From Nageia nagi (Eukaryota > Plantae > Pinophyta): 64,000 bases of DNA. The stretch covers positions 118,668,001-118,732,000 of the forward strand of contig JBITNC010000001.1 of the NCBI GenBank assembly GCA_050084985.1, written 5' to 3'. A program made the position numbers and the translations under genes. Positions 1 to 13,400 of this stretch are shown here, piece after piece (the first letter of the stretch is position 1; every line of letters begins with the position of its first letter). A model generated the notes under the pieces. The model made no database searches, was not told the origin of the DNA, and saw nothing but the letters and a program-made list of their open reading frames with translations.

Positions 1-197
1 ACTCAAAGTGAGTAACAACTAGAGAGCTACTAACCCATAAAGTTGAAGAACTTCATACTTACACTAGAATACCATTATGATTTTTTAAATAATAGGAAGG
101 AAATCACCTATAATATTGAAAATCTTAGCATACATTGATTCATATTCTATGTTAAGGGTAGCTGATTTTGAAAGATAAAGGAATAGGTTATTTCTAT
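1..197 (-). pseudogene. Continuation of the extra (archaeal-type) RNase H of the Tat/Ogre Gypsy pol, left of the nested insertion
   Basis: Minus strand reads PIPLSFKISYP..NIEYES, resembling the aRH TNN.AEYEA motif. It joins the LYF(D) motif at ~10450 once the 203-10404 insertion is removed. Confidence 0.6.
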
Positions 198-202
198 GGT
201 AT

Positions 203-1006
203 TTTTGATATGTGTTTTGGTACACCTAGGATTTTATCATAAATGAAATAAATACACATAAACATTTAAGTATGTAATATCAAAGATGATTAACTCAAAT
301 AAACATGCATGGATAATAGAGTAATAAGAGTATAGTGATGTGGTAATAAAATTGCAACTTACATTGATGTCAACATAAAATAACTGTATGCACAAAAGAG
401 ATAGAATCCAGTGTAATATAAATACCTTTGTGTCTTTACCTATGTCAAAGCTGAAGATATGCAAATAAAAATTATTGAAGAGATATTATATTGTTATGTG
501 AACCCCATAGCTAATAATAAAAAGACTCTCAACATAGGTGTTACTCTCTAAGAACTTAGCATGGGGATGCACTTTAGTGCGGGTGCTAACATTATGATAG
601 AATGAGGTATACAAACAAGGATTGATTAAAATAGATATGGTGATAAGTTGAACCAAGCATATGATCATGAAGATGTATGGAAAATATTTACTTCAGTGAT
701 AACAAGATTCCAATCTCAATAGGTAGCATTTAAAAATACCCAAGTGTAGGGTATCAGCTATCAAGATGTAATCTTGGCATGCTTTCCCCAAGTTATAGAT
801 ACATACATTTATATCAGGCCTCATATCACCATTTAACACCTTGTATGAATGTTGAATCCATTATAGTGTACCTTACATAAAAATAAAAACATAACCTAAG
901 AAATATGTGATAATAAGGTAAAATATAATTGAAATATGATTAAACCTGTATGTAATATTGCACCAAAGTGGGACCATGTTAAGGGGACTCCTTTTAGGTG
1001 TCAACA
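203..1006 (-). repeat. 3' LTR of nested Gypsy element
   Basis: Minus strand starts TGTTGACACC right after the purine tract (plus CCCCCCTTC 1011-1019); collinear with 9665-10404. Confidence 0.88.
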
Positions 1007-2799
1007 GATGCCCCCCTTCATAAATATAATGATATTGAATCTTGAAATGACATTATGCTTACAAAGGAAGTAAAGGTAAAGAGACAAAAATGTAATATTT
1101 ACCAAGTTTAGATGTAAAACTATCCAAATAATCAAGGATTGATAATGTATATTTCCCCCTCTTTGACCTAGTTATGATATGTAATGGTTTGCATGAAGTA
1201 GAATCAACCAAGAGAAAAGAATAAAACCTAAAAAATAAGAGAGATAAAAAACCAAACATCCAAGAATAGATTTGAATATTAACATATAAAAGATATGGTA
1301 GTGGTAATAAGAGTAAACATCATAACATTTCATGATGAATGATATAAGAATAATGAAGCAAGGATGAAATTAATATAATATGAATACATCATATTGAGAA
1401 CACTCAATACAAAAATAATCAAAGTTTCATTCTTAGACACATACATTCAAGATCATGATAAATATGTGTCCAAATCATCATGGGGTAAATGCCCTATTCC
1501 TAAATGGAATACATGCAATTATAATCATATATGTTAACATCATCATGAGGTACATGACCCATTCCTAGATAAAGGTTGATATAGGGTTGAATCTTGATAA
1601 ATGCTAATATAGTGTTAGATCCTATGATGAATGGGTTGGAACCTAGAACAAACATGTGAGAAACAAATCATTCTTCAATTGGATGTTCATTAATTCTTAC
1701 AAAGAACCTCATTATCCCATACATGTTAGTCCTACATTAGGTTTTAGAACACATTTGGTTGAAAAAGACATGTTGTCCAAGGTAAGGAGGTATATGTTAA
1801 GGAATGATAGCAAGGAATCTGATGACTAGCACATGCATTAATATCATCATGGATGCTAGGATCCATAATAATTTATTCATCTAAAGTTTTGGCCAATGAC
1901 TTCAACTTTAAAGATATGAGTAAATGATTTGACAAGTGTGGTGGCATGAGATGTCTATTATTTATTGAATACCTCATGAAGTATGTCCTATTTTATATTT
2001 TAAATAGGCCAAGTTGGATTTTATTTTTATATGCATTATTTAGAATTTGATCTCTAGTCCAAGAGGAGAAGTGTAACAATAGCAAAGACTTTGCTCGAGC
2101 TTCAAGGGATTTGCATTACAAAGTAGGGATTATCATATGTTTGGATCATTAATTTAGGTTGGTTTTAATTATTTAGCAAGAATTCTAACTTGATTTGTAT
2201 TTGTAGGATGAATATTATTACCAACAAAACCATCAAGCATACTTACTCCATAAAAACTAGGTTTCTACTCATGTGGTAAGTTTCTAGGATCTTTTTGTTA
2301 TGATTTTCAACATAATTTGGAAATTTAAGTAAAGAATAGATAAAATAGTAAATTACCTTAGGGATAAGGTTTTAATACTAGTTATTCCATGATTTTTCCC
2401 TTAGAGATGGTTTTCAAGTTCTCCAAAATATAGGGGTAGAAGTACTTTACCCCCAAGTTTTGAAAAAAATGACCATAGAAGTCCTAGTATGGGTGCTGGT
2501 GTGAGCATCAATGCTATCTTTGTAGAAGGTCTTTTGGTCAAGGGAAATGTGTTTATAGTTGTGCTTATTATTAATATGTGTTTATAATAGTAAAATAAAA
2601 TTTGTGCTTCATGATTTAAATGAATTTACAAGATGAATTGATACATACCTTTGCCTTTTATGATTGTAGTATCATTAGTTCTTGATGGAGCTTGAGCCTA
2701 TATCTCAAACATAAAATAAGTGTATGGTGTGGTTAGATAAGTTGACATATGATGAGCTAGGTATGTTATAATATGTGGGTATGGATTATTTCCTTCATC

Positions 2800-4644
2800 C
2801 TTCTTATGTACAAGTCAATAAGGAGTTGCTCATAGCCTTGATGGAGAGGTGGTCATAAGAGGACCAATACCTTTTACTTTCATACTAAAGAGATCAAAAT
2901 CATATCTAAGGATATACAAGATTCTATGAGTGCCTATAAAAAGCCATCCCATCTACTTTGAGGAGGGTATGATTGATGCATAATGAAAGGGTACTACGAA
3001 GTGGTTGATGGGATTGAATGAGTACCAAAGGAAAAGAGGGGTGCCTAACTTCATAATTCCTTCAAAGGCAAGATGAATAGGTTTATATGAGCATAATTGA
3101 TTACGATCACTTGCATTGATAGTATTATTTATCCATATAAGAACTATGAGATGTTCCCACTTGGTTTAGTACATGTGGTGTACCAAATGATTTAGGGTAT
3201 ACAATATGCATGGGATTCATACATTATTACCTAAATCTATCATGATTTGCATAATCATATCATGGTAAAAAAGAGTGGGAAGAGGGTGGCACATTTTTTA
3301 TGAATACATTATAATTATTTGACCTAGAAAACTTCTAGTTCATAGTATATCTATTGAGCATCCCATGTGGTATACATGAGCTAGAATGGGAAAAATCACA
3401 TAGTTCCATGAGATTATAGAGGTATATCAAAAAATGATAGATAATTTGATGGATGGTAAGCAATATAAAATATGAGTTTTTACTTTGGTTTGATTTAACT
3501 AGCTAAGAAATAATCCTAACATACTATTTTGGTTTTTGTAAGAGATGTCATTTATAGACCATACATAGGTTTTCCATATTAACCCAATGAGCTAGGGATT
3601 GAGTTTGATTGGAAATAGACTCCTTATTATTTGTATACAAGGAAGATGTTTATCAAGCTCTACAATCTAGAAAGGGTAAAGGGGTAATTTGGGAAAAAGT
3701 AAGGCATGAGGTAATTTGGGAAAAAGTAAGGCATTCCTTTGAAATGCAAATTTATTATTAGGATGGGAAGGTTTAGGGGTCACAAACCTAATTTGTTTGA
3801 TACTCCTTCCAAGTGGTAGCAAGAGTGACATCCTCCCCAACACCATGGATTAATAAGTGATACCAATGATGAGGGAGTTAAGGCATATAATGGGCCTCAA
3901 TTTGATTAGGAATAGTTGACATGGTGTGATGGCAAAATACCTGATGCCCTTGGTTTGTATGATTTGGAGAAACTAGCAAAGGTGGCTAAGGGAGAAGTAT
4001 ATGAAAAGGAGGAAGAATAAGGTGAAGCTAAGGAGGTGGAGGAAGTAAGTTTACACATGGATTATGCACTCTAGTAGGAGGATAAAGGTGGGTGGGATGT
4101 TCCTATTAGAATTCCTATTGCAAAGACTCAATATCAGCTTGAGAATGAATTGAGTAAGCATGCTACTCTTTGTATCTCTAAGTTAGTATTTACAAAAAAA
4201 CTATATGGATAACATATTTTCATTATTTTTCTAACATATTTTCATTATTTTAATTTTATATATCCAAAAAAGTTGGACTTAGATTCAAAAATGTTTTCTA
4301 GACAACATGCTAAGAAGGAGCTACCAAACCTAAAGGAAATGGCTACAAAGGATGGTGATGTAGATGGGCTAAATGTTAGGTTGGTAACCTTAAAGCAAAC
4401 ATGAGATACATTATGGAAAATGCATAAGGCTTAACATGATAGGAAATTCCTAGGTATGATGGACCATGTGTTGGAATACAATAAGAACATTGAGGACCTA
4501 ACCAATGAGAAATCTTATCTTCAAACACAACTCATGGCATTAGAGGAACAAATTGGGATAAAAAGGCCTAGTTTAAGTAATACTTCCTCTAGATCAAAGA
4601 CTTTTAGGAGTAGGAGGAGCCACCATGTACTACAACTAGTGTGA
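2800..4644 (+). pseudogene. Degenerate plant mobile domain (PMD, aminotransferase-like, MAIN/MAIL-related) ORF, antisense to gag
   Basis: From 2832 reads IALMERW.., then across frameshifts TNTFYFHTKEIKIISKD..YKIL*VPIKSHPI, matching the PMD consensus ALVERW..ETHTFH...GE.TITL.DV..ILG.P. An acidic stretch and a coiled-coil-like ORF (4456-4644) follow. Many stops; boundaries approximate. Confidence 0.7.
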
Positions 4645-5879
4645 GCATACGAAATTGATGTATTGAGTTGGTTGGATAAATGTATTGGTTGGAATGATAA
4701 TGTATCACCTTTTTTATTAATATATATTCAAGATATATTATTGTTTATGCTTAAATGTGCTATGGATGACTATGTGATTTTAGTTTTAAGTTATTATTTA
4801 TTTTTAAGTTATCTAATATCAAAGTAATGTATGTTAAATATTTAATTATGTATTATTATATATAATTCATGAGTAAAATGAACCAATAATTACACTAAGG
4901 GACTTAATTATATAAAAATAAACTAGAGGGAACCCAGCATGGCATTGATATTTCTGAGAAATTACATGTTTTAGTTTTGATTTAATAGGTCATGGTTATG
5001 GGTAACGTTGGAATTTTATGATTTTAGCACCTAAAAGATAGGTCTTGACATAGTTGCATCATTGTGAATTGTAAGGCAAAAATCAACATTAATGACATAA
5101 ATGAATTTAAGATTTATTTTTAATATGACATGATCTTTAAAATATTACAATGGCTAATATGTAATGGATAAGAATTTAATATGATAGAAAAATAAAACAA
5201 ACCTAGCATGGATGTTGGCTTAATAGATAAAAAATGACTTTGGCTATGACCTCTTTATTGCCAATTTGAACTCCCCTAAAGGTTTGGACTAAAACAAAAT
5301 GTGACAGGTAGAAAAAAGTATTAGTTATGTGTGAGGAAAAAGTCAGTAATAGGTACTAGTTGGAGTTTTTCTTTATGGATGGTAAAAATACCCTTCAAGG
5401 TATTGGAGTTTAATGCTAAGATACTATGGTTGACCTCAAGGCACTAACAAGTTTTGGAGATTGTGTAAGAAGACTAGCACATGTGGCGATCTCAATGTTA
5501 GCACTATGTTACAAAAGGGATAGGGGGATCTTTGGTTAATAGTTTATAGATACCTCTAGTATGGTTGAGGTAATAGATCAAGGCATTACATCCTAGCATG
5601 GATGGGGGTTATAGTGGATGTTTGACCACAAAATAAAAATAATGAAACCTTTACTACTGCATATATAACAATAACAATAAATGACAAGAGCAAGAGCAAC
5701 AATTTGTACTTTTTCATTGTGTCAAGGTAAGATTAGTCACAAAATTGATGCTTGTATTTGGTTATTTATATTTGATAAAATTAGGGAATGGGTTATTGAA
5801 GATTACCATGTTCTTTTTATTCTCATGTTGAGTTCCTCATAATTGTTTTAGTTGATCATTTGATTTAGTATCTTTAGGT

Positions 5880-6800
5880 TCTAGAAAAGACACCTTCTCT
5901 TGATCAATCAAATCTTGAATCTTGTTAAGTAATGTCACATAGTACTTTATCGCATATGCTTGTTGTTAATGATATTAACATAACTCATTTGACTTACATT
6001 CTTTTGGCACACTCATTGTAAAGGATGGGTAAGTTGTAGACTTAGGTGGTGGAACTAGTAATTTTCTCTTGATCAAGGCCTTTGTGACTTCATCAATATC
6101 ATCATGTATAGGTGTGAATTTTCATCTAGTAAATTTCTAACATCATTTATTGCTATTGTGTGTTGTTGTATTGATTCCACTTTGGATACTATTTATGGTT
6201 CTTTTGATTATTCTTCTTTGTCCCAATGTTTAGGTGTAGAGGTGAATTTTCCCTTTTATTTTGATTCTTATTTCCATTATCCATATTTAATTTCAAATAT
6301 TTATTTTTGTAGTGATGCTTGTAAAAAATTGTTGAGAGGTAACTTATGGTAGTCAAAATATTCTACCATATACTTTTGTTAAAGAGCCTCAATGAAGTCT
6401 AGGATTTTTATACTATCATCTTCATGAACTTGATTAGCCCTTTTAATCCAAAATTTGATAAATAATTCAATGGAATTCCCTTATCTTTTCTTTATCATTA
6501 TCAAATCATTTAATGTTATCTTTTTCCCAATGTATATTTGATAATGATAACAAAATATAGTCTTCAATTATGCAAAGTTATCAATGCTAGCATGTGGTAA
6601 CTTACTAATCCATTCTATATCTTTTCCTTTTAGAGATAAAGGAAATAAATTAGCATGCAAGCCCTCATCCATAGTGATTTAAAAACATTCATCATAGAAA
6701 ATAGATAAATGAAGATATGGATTTATTGTACCATCAAAATTTATGAACTTCAAAGCTTTGTTAGAGTACAATATAGTGGATCTAATTGTCATACACAAGG
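5880..6800 (-). pseudogene. Tat/Ogre-type gag remnant
   Basis: Minus strand motifs KFINFDGTINPYLH (retrotransposon gag F.KFDG..DP..H) near 6715-6755 and TLLNKIQDLIDQEK near 5895-5940. Confidence 0.65.
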
Positions 6801-7500
6801 GATTGTTATCTTCATTTTGTTGAGAATCTAAACCTTAATATTTTGCTATTTTCAAGTTTTTTTGCTATAGACCCTCAAATATCTTCAAAGTTATCACTTA
6901 AAATGTTGCACTATTATATTTTAGTGATTTTACATCATACCATGTAGCATAAAATTACATTTTGAAGTTGAGATGCAAGATGCATCACTATTTAGCATGT
7001 TTATGTCAATCTAGATAAAATCATTTTTTTGATGCATTAGTTGATGCATTGGTTGATGTATCAATTGACATATTTGAGTGCATAAAATAATGTATCAAGT
7101 GATATATGAAATAGAAAAAGAGGTATAGATCATTCACATGGATCATGGCATGATCCACTATCAATTTTTATGCATTACCTTGATCAACGATGGATTTTTA
7201 ATAGTGGGTATGGTACCAAAGATGAGTAAATGAAGGAGATTTCCCTTTATAAGTTCATATTTAGTGATACAAATTTGTAAGAGTAGAATATATGTTGAAG
7301 AACATAGATAGTAGTGTGTATCTACATTTTATGGTAAGCAAAATGTGCATTGCATGCTTTAGCCACCCATAAAATTTGGTAGAGGAAGCCCTCAAAGTTT
7401 GGTGGACACCCATGAAGTTTGGTCAATGCTTGTGAAGATATATTCTCATTGAATATGAGTTTCAAGTTGCCAAATACACAAATTTACTCAACATGTATTG

Positions 7501-7749
7501 AAACTATTTCACATAATACAATAAATAGTAGCAGTAGTCCGACCAAATGAATTCAACTTTCTTAGCATCCTCAAAGGATGCATCAAACTGAGAGATTTAC
7601 AAAAGGATTTATACATACATAAAAGACTCTTTAAAATAAATTTTTTATTGAAATATATGGTTGTGAGTACCTTGTTATACATATATGCAAAATATGGAAG
7701 TGTAGAGAAGATAAGCAAATTATTTGATAAGATGCATGATGCAAACCCT
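7501..7749 (+). pseudogene. PLS-class pentatricopeptide repeat (PPR) gene fragment inside the LTR element
   Basis: One frame reads KLFHIIQ*IVAVVRPNEFNFLSILKGCIKLRDLQKDLYIHKRLFKINFLLKYMVVSTLLYIYAKYGSVEKISKLFDKMHDANP, matching the PPR consensus PN..TF.S.L..C...LL.MYAKCGS.E.A..LFDKM. Confidence 0.8.
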
Positions 7750-9650
7750 CATCCTTATAATTTTGATGCTATACATGACACTTTATATGTCATATATAAT
7801 GTTAATTATTTTACACTTAGAATTTGATATATCATGTAAGGAATGATGCTTTACTTGATGCAAAAAATAATTCATTGTTTGATGATACCCTTAGCATCAA
7901 TTGATGCATCATGATTTATGCAATTTTTTTATAAATAATATTGTGGATTGACCCATGGTGTGATGCAAAATTGCTTAAATGTAGTATTGTTGATTCTAAA
8001 TTTGGTATTAGTATAATTGTATGAATATTTTCCCTTGAATTTTCTAATGGTTTTTCTAAATTTTATCCTTGTTTGAATATTGGTAATTGTTGTCTAGGTT
8101 TGAAGATACCAAAAGCTATAGTTTTATCATTTCTATCATGAATGATATTATGAAAAGTTTGTGAAGCTGACCATTCATTCTTAGTATGAGGAATCATTAG
8201 TATGTGCTCCATATTGCACTTTAGTAATTTTGCACATTTGATTTCATTATTTTCTTGAGTTCATATGGAAATGGGCTACATGGCATGAGCAAGTAGTCTA
8301 TCAACATCTTCTTCCTGATATCTTTGCTCATCTTTGAGAGGAAATTGGGCTACTTGCTTGTTCTTTGGTTGAAATAATCATGTCTTATTCTTGTAATCAC
8401 TTTGAATGTTTTGAAGTAACAACTTGTAATATGTATCTTCTTTGATATACTCATGTTTGTAATGGCAAGATCATCTACTAAATGAAGTAATTTATATTTG
8501 ATCCTATTATGTTTCTTTGATGAATCTAGATATGGTATGTCAACCTTTTCAAGATTTTTGTTGATCTATTCATAGTTTGTAGGATATTCTTGATCACACT
8601 CATCTTTAATGAATATATCTATATCTACATAAAATTATTAAACTTATTCATCCTATTTATTTTTCTAATATTATTTAGTTATACCTTCAATATTATTTGA
8701 TGGGATTAGGTTATTAACTTGATATTCATGATGAAGAAAATCTTGCAATATGGTAGCTTGAGTAATGTTCTCACTAACATTGTGAATTAGAGTGATAAGC
8801 TTATGCTAATCTCCTTGTTCTACATCTAATACAAAGACAATTAGAGGAATTGGAATCATTACTTCTTATTGAGGCTCAACGTTCATGCTAAGGTTGGAAC
8901 TAGAGTTAATGTGTGTATGTACACTAGAATCTAGTAGGATAAACTAGTGAAGACCTGATATAGGTACAAATCTATTTGCAAAGAATCCTAAATTTATTTT
9001 TCCTAGTGTGAGAGTCATATCATTAGGAGGTATGTTCTCCTTGTACCTATTAGAATGCCATAATTTTTATTGGCTTACCATTTCATCATATTCAAGGGCA
9101 TGAATTGCATAAGCATTTTCCTCAACTAGTAGCCCATAGAGAAGCTTGATGAATCAATGCTTATTTTCATTAGAACTAATGATTTTCTTGAAAATCTTAT
9201 CATCACTTAATCATACAATGATATATTCTTCAATTGTAATAGGATTTTATTGATTTGGTGGGGTATGATATCTAATATTATCTAAAATAACCCTCTTATT
9301 TACTATCTTTGCTAAACTACTACTGCTTTCTATAAAACTCTCTTTATATTTAGCACTTTCACTAGCATCTTTGGTTATATGTTATTGTACATCTATAGAT
9401 GATTATTTTGCATAAATTATCTCACTTAAACTTTAAACCACCTTTGTTCTAACAAATTTTCTTCTTTTAGTAGTTTTCTTAGCTATAGGGTTAGTAGAAA
9501 GATGTGTACTTTCATTGCTAGTAACAAAAAATGCCTTAGGAATATAATGCATAAATAAAAACTTTAATAGGTTTGACCTTGCAATATAATTGTAGGTGCA
9601 TAAACACTTTTATTCTAACCCTTATTAAGAGAAAGAAAAATCCATAAATA

Positions 9651-9661
9651 AGTGGGTGCCA
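9651..9661 (-). other. Primer-binding site of nested Gypsy element
   Basis: TGGCACCCACT 3 nt after the 5' LTR end; reads as a CpG-decayed TGGCGCCCA type of PBS seen in Tat elements. Confidence 0.65.
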
Positions 9662-9664
9662 ATA

Positions 9665-10404
9665 TGCTGATATGTATTTTGGTATACCTAGGGTTTTGTT
9701 CCAAATGAACTAAATACACATAAACATTTACATATGTAATATATAAGTTAATTAAATAAAATAAATGTACATAAATATTAGATAAATAATACTATAGCAA
9801 TGCAATAACAAAATTGCAACTTACATTGATGTCAAGATAAAATGAGTTCATGCACTAAAGAGATGGAATCAAGTGTAAGATAAATATCGAATTTGAGGAT
9901 ATGGAGAAAAAAATTATCGAAGAGAGGTGACCTTGCTTTGTGAAAACCATGGAAAAAAATATAAAGAATCCTAGTGTGGGTGCTAAGCTCCAAGAACTCA
10001 ATGTGAACATGCAATTCAACATGGGTGCTAGCATTTTGATAGAATGATATCCAAGCATGTGATCATGAAGATGGATGGTAGATATTTTCTCAAGTGATAA
10101 CAAGATTCCAATCTCAATAGGTAAAATTTAGAAACACCCACACATAAGAAACTGGCTATCAAGATATAATCTTGATATGCTTTCCCTACGTTAGAGATAC
10201 TTACATTTATACCAAGCATGATATCACCATTTGACCCCTTATATGAAGATTCAACTTATCCTAATGTATCTAACATAAAAATAAGAACACAACCTGAGAA
10301 ATATGTGATAATAAGGTAAAATATGATTGAAATGTGATTAAACATGTATGTGATATTATACTTAAGTGGGATCATGTTAAAGAGATTACTTTTAGGTGTC
10401 AATA
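9665..10404 (-). repeat. 5' LTR of nested Gypsy element
   Basis: Collinear with 203-1006; followed on the minus strand by the PBS; flanked by TSD GGTAT. Confidence 0.88.
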
Positions 10405-10409
10405 GGTAT

Positions 10410-13400
10410 TTTGAAAATGAGTCCTCAAACCCCTCTTTTTCATACTTCGACATATAGAAGTATAATGTGAGATTGTTTTTATGTTAAAGGTGTATGGATT
10501 ATTTAGAATCAAAAATATTAAAGATACATGTATAAGGAAGTTTGACAATAAGATGTTCAAAATTAAATAGTGAATATTTTGTAAAATGGTCTACAATGAT
10601 TTGAGTTTTCACAAGTTTTTAGTTGAGGAACTCAAGGTCAAATTGAGTTCAGACCATGATCTACTTAGAAGTCTTGCAATCATTGTAAACATGATTAATT
10701 ATGTATAGTAATGGATAAATATTAGCAATAACATGTGGTATGGTTGACCATGTAATGGAATAATTTCTTCATGGAAAATAAAATGACCAAACATAGCTTC
10801 TCCATATAGACATAGTAGGTTTCACAATCAATCAAAGTGTAGCTAAGGTATTAGATTCCTTTCTCTTGATTAGTCTCATTCTTTTATACTAACATGCTCC
10901 CTAAATAAACATATATGGAATATAAATACATGTGGAAAGGAACTCTTGTTCTAGGTGGTGTTAAAGATAATAATGAAGTTAAATATTACTTGATTACTTT
11001 AAAAGATGCATGATAGTTAGGATTTGACTTAAAGTATACCCCTTTCATAATAAGATCACTTGAAGTCTTACATTTATCTAACAATTGTATGATAAAATGA
11101 AAAATTATTTTAATCTTACTTTGATATCTTCTTAATTATTTGAGCATAGAAAAGGAAGGTATCTCTTGATTAAAGGGTAAGTGCAAGAAGATAAATCTCA
11201 CTTTTGGTCAAAAAGTGGAAGTATTTTCATTGATTTTCAAGTTGGGTCACACTTGATCTCAAAAATTGAAGCTCTTAGAGTATGAATCTTGAAAAAGGTC
11301 ACTATGGTAAAAATGTAGTGCTCAAATCCTAGTTTTCAAATATGTAATTTATTACAATACCTAGATGATAGAAAGTAATATTTGATAGGCATGTTTACAA
11401 GCCACTATGTAAAAAATATAATTTTATGACTATACTCCATTATGTTTGGAAAACATAATTAGACTTGAATTAAAATATTTTTTTAAATACTTTTCAGTAA
11501 TGATACCGAAGACACTAAAAATTGTAAAAGATATTTTTTTAATTTTTTCATGAATATTTATATTTTTATTAATTTTTTATTGGACTTGATTATCGTTTCA
11601 AAAAATGCTCATGCTTATTAAGCATAATTTGACCTAAACTTATCATTTTTATATATTTTTTAAACTTATGAATAATTTTATGTATATTGTGAAAATATAT
11701 TAGTTTTTTCATAATTGCAAAAAAAAGTTATTAAACAAATACAAAACCCATTGTTTATAAAATATAGTTTCAGGACCATATATCATTATGTGTGTCAATC
11801 ATAATTAGACCTAAATTAAATTACTTTTTTAAATACTTTTAGGAAATGATACCTAATAAAATAAAGATTGTTTAGGATATTTTTTCATAATTCTTACATC
11901 AATGTATTTTTTATTGGACCTGATTATCATTTCAAAAATTGCTCATGTCTATTAAGCATAATTTTACCTAAACTTATCATTTTTAATTTTTGTTTTAACT
12001 TGTGAAGAATTGTATGTAGATTATGCACATATAACTTTTCATAATTCTAAAAAATGTTATTTAATAAATACAAAAACTGAGCATTTCTTAAGACTTCCTT
12101 CAAAGTGGGACTCATCTTCTTGCACTTACCCTAACTTTGAATTCATTGGGATAAACCTAAATACCTCATTTTGAGATACAAAATCCTAAATTTTTATTTC
12201 ATATAACTCCACGAATATACTTCTTATTATTTAGTATAACATTGTGTTATAACAATGTATGAAATACCTTGCAAAAAATCTTAAAATGTTGCTCAAGATT
12301 TTTGGATTTTAAAATAAAATCATCCACAAAACCTTGCACAATATCATGGATGTAGTTATGGAAGATGTAAATCATATCATTTGATATGTTTCTTATACAT
12401 TTTTTTATTTTAAAGGGATGAATTTTAAGAAAATATCCTCTTGTGTGTTGTGATATAAGTCTTATGTTATTTTTAGGGTATGATTTTGATTTGATGATAC
12501 CCCAAAAAATCATCCATGAAAGATAAAATCTTATGAATAACCATGGAATAACTAATTAATCTATACTATGTAGTAGAAACTCATTTGTTAGGAATGTATT
12601 TATTTTTTCAAATCCTTAAACTCATTGTGAACTCAATTCTTTCCATTAGGCTTAGTCATAGATACCATGCTTGAGATCTAATGAGGATAGTCTATAGGAT
12701 AGGTAAATCCTACATCTAATAGTTTCTAAAGATCATAATTAATCATTCATGCCATTGTAGGATACATTTTCATCAATTTTTATTTAAATTTTTTGTGAAA
12801 AACTAAGATGGGATATGGGCTTGACATATCTTTATTTGACCAAAAAAACATATGTTGATATCACACTAGAATAAAATAATTTATATTATTTACTCCTTAG
12901 TAAAAACTTTTCCTATTAGGATAACTTGTGGATTAGTGGGATCATCAAATAGGTTAATAAATATAGTATCCTTAATAACCATAAGAGATCTATCCTTTAA
13001 GTAATAGGAAATATGGATGAAGTATTTTTATTAGCATCCACTGAAAGAGAAAAAATATCATCATCAAAAGCATATAGAGAACTAATAGAAAAACATGTAG
13101 AAGGTAAAGGAGAAAAGGTGAATATACCTACTTGGAGAAGTAAATAAGGAATAGGAAAAAATTTAGAAGTAGTGGACATAGAAGGGAGTTGATAAAAATA
13201 TATGGTACTAGGATTAAGATAAAATTTTCTAGGATAATCTTCTATAGATCTTAAAGAAGTAAACACATCCAAATAGTCCATAATAACTAAGGAGATGGAC
13301 CTAAAAAAATAAAATATATAAAGTAATAATTATATATAAAAATATACCAAATACTATATAAAAATTTATCTAAATAATGTACATATACACCAAAGTAGTA

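Larger units (their letters stand above)
203..10404 (-). mobile_element. Full-length non-autonomous Ty3/Gypsy (Tat/Ogre-like) LTR retrotransposon with gag and antisense PMD ORF, no pol detected
   Basis: Two similar LTRs (203-1006, 9665-10404); perfect 5-bp TSD GGTAT (198-202, 10405-10409); PBS-like TGGCACCCACT next to the right LTR; PPT-like GAAGGGGGGC next to the left LTR. Confidence 0.88.

Noticed and set aside
237-2200. Hydrophobic 60-95 aa ORFs here and throughout the window
   Set aside because: Chance ORFs in AT-rich LTRs or antisense to purine-rich TE frames; no motifs.
3681-3734. 27-bp tandem duplication (GGTAATTTGGGAAAAAGTAAGGCAT core)
   Set aside because: An ordinary local slippage duplication in a decayed ORF; no functional indication.
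7501-7749. Functional PPR gene exon
   Set aside because: In-frame stop, decayed consensus residues, and no further PPR array or start; located inside a retroelement.
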